Source of the DNA: Eledone cirrhosa
Lineage: Eukaryota
Direction: 5' to 3'
Length of the DNA: 64,000 nt
Assembly: GCA_964016885.1 (NCBI GenBank)
Contig: OZ024742.1
Span: forward strand, 66,340,001-66,404,000
Position 1 is the stretch's first letter; each line of letters starts with the position of its first letter. Positions 57,579 through 64,000 of the stretch are shown piece by piece. The notes under the pieces are model-generated. The model was given only the letters and a program-made list of their open reading frames with translations, was not told the DNA's origin and searched no databases. Made by a program: the position numbers and the translations under genes.

Positions 57579-57674
57579 ACCCCTTGAGAAGCTCGGCTAT
57601 TCAAATACCAGGATAAAAATGTTCATTTAGTCCAGAATTAGCCGTCGAAACGGCTTGAGCTCAGCCGTCGGGGT
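57579..57674 (+). ncRNA. Type I hammerhead with U3-A8 core (family A) within insert 57407-57688
   Basis: ACCCC UUGAGAA G cu CGGCUA...UAGCCG u C GAAAC GGCU UGAGCUC AGCC GUC GGGGU. Confidence 0.8.
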
Positions 57675-57684
57675 CCTACTCGTT

Positions 57685-57744
<60 letters not shown>

Positions 57745-58157
57745 ACGTAATTCCGTCGGAAAGGTCCAGGAAAAAAGAGTGCTCTATGTACATTACAGAG
57801 CTTATTAGTTATGTAATAAACAAAATAAGATGATTATTTCATTTACCAGTGGTTTCTTGAAAGCAACTAAATTTGCTTTCATTCATCAGAATGAAAAAAT
57901 CCTGGTGTCTTTATTGACAGTGGAGTTGAAAAACAAAAATATAACAGATATGAGAGTGAGGCTTGAGGAAAAAAAAAGGTGGTGGGGGGGGGGGGGGGGA
58001 TAATAATAAATAAGAATATATAACAACACACACGTACACACACTCACACACGTACACACACTCACATATACACACATATATACATATATATATATATATA
58101 CATATATACACGCATATATACATATATATATACACAGAGACACATATACACACATAT

Positions 58158-58205
<48 letters not shown>

Positions 58206-58221
58206 ATACATAAACACACCA

Positions 58222-58255
<34 letters not shown>

Positions 58256-58256
<1 letters not shown>

Positions 58257-59109
58257 AATGAAAAGTATAGAAATTGTTGTAGCGAGAAGCTAACAGTATT
58301 CCATAACATATATGTGATTATAGCGGCAAAATGGGAAAATAGTTAACATAAGATATGGGAAAAATAATTCAGACTCAATTCAAAAGGAATCAGGATATAG
58401 ATTTATCCAACAGAATTTAGATAAATCCAGGGAAAAATCAATAGAGCCTTAACTCATGATAAAACAAAGTCTAAAGTACTCAACCTTCAATTTGGGACAA
58501 CTTCAAATGCTCAGTATAGTCTTGAAAAGACTATTTCACGAACACTTTCAATTGGGATGGTCACGATTGGATTCCGTTCATCAGCAGAGCTCAACATGGT
58601 AACCAAGGTCTCACTGGTAATATGCCAAAAAGGGAATTTAAAAGCAGGCTAGTTTAACATCATGCGTGATTATTAAAATAAACGCACATGAGGAAAAACA
58701 GGGCTGGTGACGTCAGAATGAGACAAATGTTTGTTTACATGAAACAACAGTCAAAAACATTTCGAAAGAAAACTCTACAAAAGGAGTTCAGCGAAAAGCA
58801 ATATCCTGGCGGTCTTTTTTTCAAAAAAATACCGGGATTAGTCACAAATAATTTAAGAACTCTAGGAAATAAATCTGAGTATATAGATATAAATGAAAAA
58901 TATAGAAATTGTTGTAGCGAGAAGCTAACAATATTCCATAACATATATGCGACTACAGCGACAAAATGGGAAAATAGTTAACATAAGATATGGGAAAAAT
59001 AATTCAGAGTCAATTCAAAATTAATCAGGATATAGATTTATACAACAGAATTTAGAGAAATCCAGAGAAAATTAATAGAGCCTTAACTCATGATAAAACA
59101 AAGTCTAAA

Positions 59110-59110
<1 letters not shown>
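58256..59110 (-). mobile_element. HHR family C: ~635-bp unit plus ~220-bp direct repeat
   Basis: AAATGAAAA.TATAGAAATTGTTGTAGCGAGAAGC...CATGATAAAACAAAGTCTAAAG at 58256 and 58891; (TA)n on both sides. Confidence 0.8.
58509..58590 (-). ncRNA. Type I hammerhead, family C, intact core and 8-bp stem III
   Basis: Minus: GCUCUG CUGAUGA ACGGA...UUCGU GAAA UAGUCUU UUC AAGACUA UA CUGAGC. Confidence 0.8.
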
Positions 59111-59151
<41 letters not shown>

Positions 59152-59153
<2 letters not shown>

Positions 59154-59316
59154 CGAGGGAAAAGTGGTAAGGAACCAGGTGGACCATAACGCACCAAAGT
59201 ACTCAATACTTAGGGTAGTAGAGTGGGTAATAGGAGTAAGTAAGACCCCGACGGCTGAGCTCAAGCCGTTTCGACGGCGAAACGGCTTGAGCTCAGCCGT
59301 CGGGGTCTTACTTACT

Positions 59317-59321
<5 letters not shown>
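59152..59321. mobile_element. Family A foldback with perfect 44-bp arms (59230-59273 / 59278-59321)
   Basis: ATAGGAGTAAGTAAGACCCCGACGGCTGAGCTCAAGCCGTTTCG-acgg-reverse complement. Confidence 0.9.
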
Positions 59322-59397
<76 letters not shown>

Positions 59398-59469
59398 GTA
59401 AACACACACACACATATATATATACATATATATATACATATATATATATACATATATATACACATACAC

Positions 59470-59965
59470 ATGGTGGCTGCCAACGCGTTTTCGAGTACGG
59501 CCACTACTTTATATCCATGTAGGAGAACCCCTACCGATGCGCTGAACGAGTGTGACTTTTTAGTCCAGCCAGCGACTTGAAAACTCTGGTACAAACACTA
59601 CACTTGTGACAATTATTGAAACATAGTGCTGGGCCCATGGTACCATGTGACGACAAGTGCAGAGACATCTCCAGATATAAAGCAATGCCTGTGCCGAGAA
59701 GCTTTTATAGTGAGCAAAGGCACTGCACAAAGCCAGTCCCATTCTCTTAACCAATATGATATTTACCTCAAAGAAGGACAAGTCAACATCATGGATACCA
59801 TCAGGGTTGCAGGTGTTATATGAGAGTTTTCCTTTCTCCTAGAATTCTGCCAGGACAAAGGCTAAGGGGTCATCTCTCCCGGTGATTTTGAATGGCCATT
59901 GACTCTTAAGAGCTCCTTTGCCCTTTGACAGGTTTTGTTTTTAGTCCTGCAGGATGTCCAAAGTC
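59470..59965 (-). mobile_element. Internally deleted RTE-like LINE derivative with terminal C2H2 zinc finger
   Basis: Minus 59605-59531 translates [24 protein letters not shown], followed by a short UTR ending GGCAGCCACCA next to a microsatellite. Confidence 0.5.
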
Positions 59966-60327
59966 ACATACACATACACATATACATACACATACATATA
60001 CATACATACATACACACACACATACATACACACATATATACACACATGTATACGTACTCACATATAAAAGGATACATATGCACACACACAAATAAGAATA
60101 AATAATCATAGTAGGCCGTCACATACAATTAAGCAAATAAAAAATAAGGATTAAGAAAATAAAAAAATAAAAAAATAATGAATATTATTTAGTTGACAGC
60201 GATACAAGACGGCAACATTTAAAATAAAAATTAAAATAATAAAAATAATAATAATAATGATAATAAATGACCAAACGCACGTGGTAAGCAAATGCACACA
60301 AAAAAAAATATATATATATATATATAA

Positions 60328-60412
<85 letters not shown>

Positions 60413-60659
60413 TATATATATATACACACACATATACACACACACATACGCATACATATAAATATACAAGCACACACCATACATATAAACACAGCACAGA
60501 CACAAAAGAGTATATACATACAAATACGATACTCGCACACATAAATGCATACAACCACATACACACATATAGTATAAACATTTCTTAAAGATAAAAACAT
60601 AAATATAAAAACTATAAAGTTACATACACACATACGCATACGTATGTACACACGCACAT

Positions 60660-60704
<45 letters not shown>

Positions 60705-60897
60705 TATATATATCTGTAAATACATATACATATATATATATATATACACACATATATATATATATATCTGTAAATACATATACTTCGGCCCTTGAAAAAA
60801 TTGATTCCACTTCATTCACTCTCATCTCAGGAACAGTTTTGGATAGCGCTAGTTCGTAATTTAAATTCAAGAATTTTATATTCTTCGAATGAAAAGA

Positions 60898-60980
60898 ACC
60901 TTCTGACGAGAATCTTTCTTTGCAACGAAGGCCGTATGGTCTCCGTTTATTTTTGGGATTCGAAACCGATCGGTAAAGGT
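60898..60980 (+). ncRNA. Type I hammerhead ribozyme, array copy 1
   Basis: ACCUU CUGACGA GAAUCUU [loop with internal hairpin] GGGAUUC GAAAC CGAUCG GUA AAGGU. Confidence 0.9.
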
Positions 60981-61382
60981 AACTATAGTAGGTAAAGTCA
61001 ATTTTTTAAAATTTATTTTGAAACTTTTTCATTATTTGCTAAACCTTGTTTATATATGTTCTGGCTCGTTAATTTATTAACCTGCCATTGAACCACATTG
61101 GCATTTGGTTGGACAATACATGCGTCCCTTAGCGCCTTGTGCGTGAAGGAACACATATCCTATTATTACTACTCTCCTCTATTGTTGAGAGACAAATTGG
61201 GTCGTTCCGACTGCTGCTAGTGATAGTTGCGGCCGGTTTGACCTACCTCCCTCTGCCTCTATCTTTACTTCGGCCCTTGAAAAAATTGATTCCACTTCAT
61301 TCACTCTCATCTCAGGAACAGTTTTGGATAGCGCTAGTTCGTAATTTAAATTCAAGAATTTTATATTCTTCGAATGAAAAGA

Positions 61383-61465
61383 ACCTTCTGACGAGAATCT
61401 TTCTTTGCAACGAAGGCCGTATGGTCTCCGTTTATTTTTGGGATTCGAAACCGATCGGTAAAGGT
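61383..61465 (+). ncRNA. Type I hammerhead ribozyme, array copy 2
   Basis: Same sequence as 60898-60980. Confidence 0.9.
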
Positions 61466-61867
61466 AACTATAGTAGGTAAAGTCAATTTTTTAAAATTTA
61501 TTTTGAAACTTTTTCATTATTTGCTAAACCTTGTTTATATATGTTCTGGCTCGTTAATTTATTAACCTGCCATTGAACCACATTGGCATTTGGTTGGACA
61601 ATACATGCGTCCCTTAGCGCCTTGTGCGTGAAGGAACACATATCCTATTATTACTACTCTCCTCTATTGTTGAGAGACAAATTGGGTCGTTCCGACTGCT
61701 GCTAGTGATAGTTGCGGCCGGTTTGACCTACCTCCCTCTGCCTCTATCTTTACTTCGGCCCTTGAAAAAATTGATTCCACTTCATTCACTCTCATCTCAG
61801 GAACAGTTTTGGATAGCGCTAGTTCGTAATTTAAATTCAAGAATTTTATATTCTTCGAATGAAAAGA

Positions 61868-61950
61868 ACCTTCTGACGAGAATCTTTCTTTGCAACGAAG
61901 GCCGTATGGTCTCCGTTTATTTTTGGGATTCGAAACCGATCGGTAAAGGT
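61868..61950 (+). ncRNA. Type I hammerhead ribozyme, array copy 3
   Basis: Same sequence as 60898-60980. Confidence 0.9.
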
Positions 61951-62352
61951 AACTATAGTAGGTAAAGTCAATTTTTTAAAATTTATTTTGAAACTTTTTC
62001 ATTATTTGCTAAACCTTGTTTATATATGTTCTGGCTCGTTAATTTATTAACCTGCCATTGAACCACATTGGCATTTGGTTGGACAATACATGCGTCCCTT
62101 AGCGCCTTGTGCGTGAAGGAACACATATCCTATTATTACTACTCTCCTCTATTGTTGAGAGACAAATTGGGTCGTTCCGACTGCTGCTAGTGATAGTTGC
62201 GGCCGGTTTGACCTACCTCCCTCTGCCTCTATCTTTACTTCGGCCCTTGAAAAAATTGATTCCACTTCATTCACTCTCATCTCAGGAACAGTTTTGGATA
62301 GCGCTAGTTCGTAATTTAAATTCAAGAATTTTATATTCTTCGAATGAAAAGA

Positions 62353-62435
62353 ACCTTCTGACGAGAATCTTTCTTTGCAACGAAGGCCGTATGGTCTCCG
62401 TTTATTTTTGGGATTCGAAACCGATCGGTAAAGGT
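62353..62435 (+). ncRNA. Type I hammerhead ribozyme, array copy 4
   Basis: Same sequence as 60898-60980. Confidence 0.9.
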
Positions 62436-62505
62436 AACTATAGTAGGTAAAGTCAATTTTTTAAAATTTATTTTGAAACTTTTTCATTATTTGCTAAACC
62501 TTGTT

Positions 62506-62565
<60 letters not shown>

Positions 62566-62732
62566 TCTACACACATACACACACGCACACACACATATAT
62601 ATATATATATATACGCACACACATACACACATACACATACACACATACATACATACACACATACATACATACACACATATACACATATATATATATATAA
62701 AAGAAATACATAAAAATTTATTTTCATTTCTA

Positions 62733-62784
<52 letters not shown>

Positions 62785-63572
62785 TACATTCATATATGCA
62801 AAGATATATACATATACATATACATATATATATAGATATACACATACATATACACATATATATACACATACATATATACATACATACATACACAAAATAA
62901 AAATAAAGGGAAGGAAGGGGTATTCAAATAGTAGTGAATAAGACGAATAAAAAATAAAGGTATAAATATTTATAGCTGATTAAGAGCACTCAACAGTCCT
63001 GGAGCAAATAATCAATAAAAGCAAGCATTAAAATACTCTGTATGTAATTATGCATATACATACAAAACCATACATACACACACACACACAATCAACTACA
63101 TAAAATATATATACATAATCAAATATATATATATATGTATATATATACACACACATAAGTACAAAGGGTTACAACACCACAAAGGTAAAAATACACACAC
63201 ATACATATAAACACACACACACATATATATACACATATACATATATATAAAAAATGTATACTTACATATACACACATATATATATATACATACACTTATA
63301 TACACATATACACGACAACATACATACACGTAAAATTAATATCTAAAAATCCAAAGGGGGTTGGTATGTAAAGGGTAAGGTAGAGAGTAGGTGGGCATAA
63401 GAAAATAAATAACATAAGAAAAATTTAAACAATAAGAGGAGATAAGGGAGAAAGAGAAAATAAGATAATGTTACAGAAAGTGAGTTCAGAGAGTAATAAA
63501 AGTCGTAGTAGATGTAAGGCGTAAAGAGCAAAGAAGTTCAAGGTGGTTAAGTCATCGTAGCAAAGAAGAAGT

Positions 63573-64000
63573 TCAAGGTGGTTGAGTCATCGTAGGAATG
63601 TCAATCCAGTTACACAGCAGATGTGATTTCAGGTGAGGACAACATCTGAAGACCTCGGTCTTGAAGTTAAGGCAAGTTGAAGTGACTTTCAAATTCTTTA
63701 GAATTCTAAATTTTTCAGTGGTACACAAAAACAATTCTTTGTGCCCCTTTAGTATTCCCTCGGATGGTCTAAAATAGACCAATCGATAGAGTTTGGGATG
63801 TTATTACCTTTGAATTCCCACACCTTATTAGCGAGGGCCGTTGCTGTTCTTTTATCAGAGTGTTTAAAAGAAGCGACATGTGCATAAAACCTGGTTTTGA
63901 ACCTATCTTGAGTCATACCAACATATCGTTCACTCCTGGCTGGCTGGTTGTTAAGCAAATGTGTTATTTTGGCCTCATATACAACGGATTTGGTGTTACA
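63573..64000 (-). pseudogene. Naiad-like PLE GIY-YIG domain (one stop, one frameshift); runs off the window
   Basis: CNTKSVVYEAKI...RYVGMTQDRFKTRFYAHVASF...TALANKVWEFK...IDWSIL / LCTTEK..CLNFKTE...CPH. Confidence 0.85.

Larger units (their letters stand above)
60781..62511 (+). repeat. Head-to-tail array of apparently identical 485-bp units (~3.6 copies), each with a hammerhead; retrozyme-like
   Basis: Identical ORF calls at 61139/61624/62109 (spacing 485); microsatellite on both sides. Confidence 0.95.

Noticed and set aside
61139-62450. 113-aa ORF repeated three times, and a short minus-strand frame (LNLNYELALSKTVPEMRVNEVESIF)
   Set aside because: GTG start, no recognisable domain, and the plus frame is cut by the ribozyme; identity only reflects the tandem repeat. 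The minus frame is too weak to call.
60781-62511. CRISPR array or ordinary satellite
   Set aside because: No unique spacers, eukaryotic context, and each unit carries a complete ribozyme.
63527-63596. ATGA...AA motif downstream of the Naiad-like ORF as a SECIS
   Set aside because: It is a ~35-bp tandem duplication with no supporting helix.

Overview
AT-rich, (TA)n/(CA)n-saturated animal DNA, most likely intergenic or intronic sequence from an octopod cephalopod (inferred from the tRNA/Meta-type SINE family and microsatellite load). I found no credible host exon, and most ORFs in the track are microsatellite translations. The window is a pile of retroelements: several Penelope-like elements (PLEs; RT + GIY-YIG, Neptune-like and Naiad-like), R4-clade RLE LINE remnants, RTE fragments and two SINE families. 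The main signal is RNA structure. I can hand-fold about 18 hammerhead ribozyme (HHR) motifs from roughly 10 unrelated repeat families, nearly all inserted in (TA)n. Highlights: (1) a 485-bp x3.6 head-to-tail array with an intact type I HHR in every unit (retrozyme/circRNA-like); (2) a family with a U3-A8 compensatory core; (3) two divergent repeats carrying all hammerhead core elements in reversed, pseudoknotted order, with a possible kink-turn; (4) a three-level nested 2.2-kb palindrome. All folds were done by eye and activity is untested.
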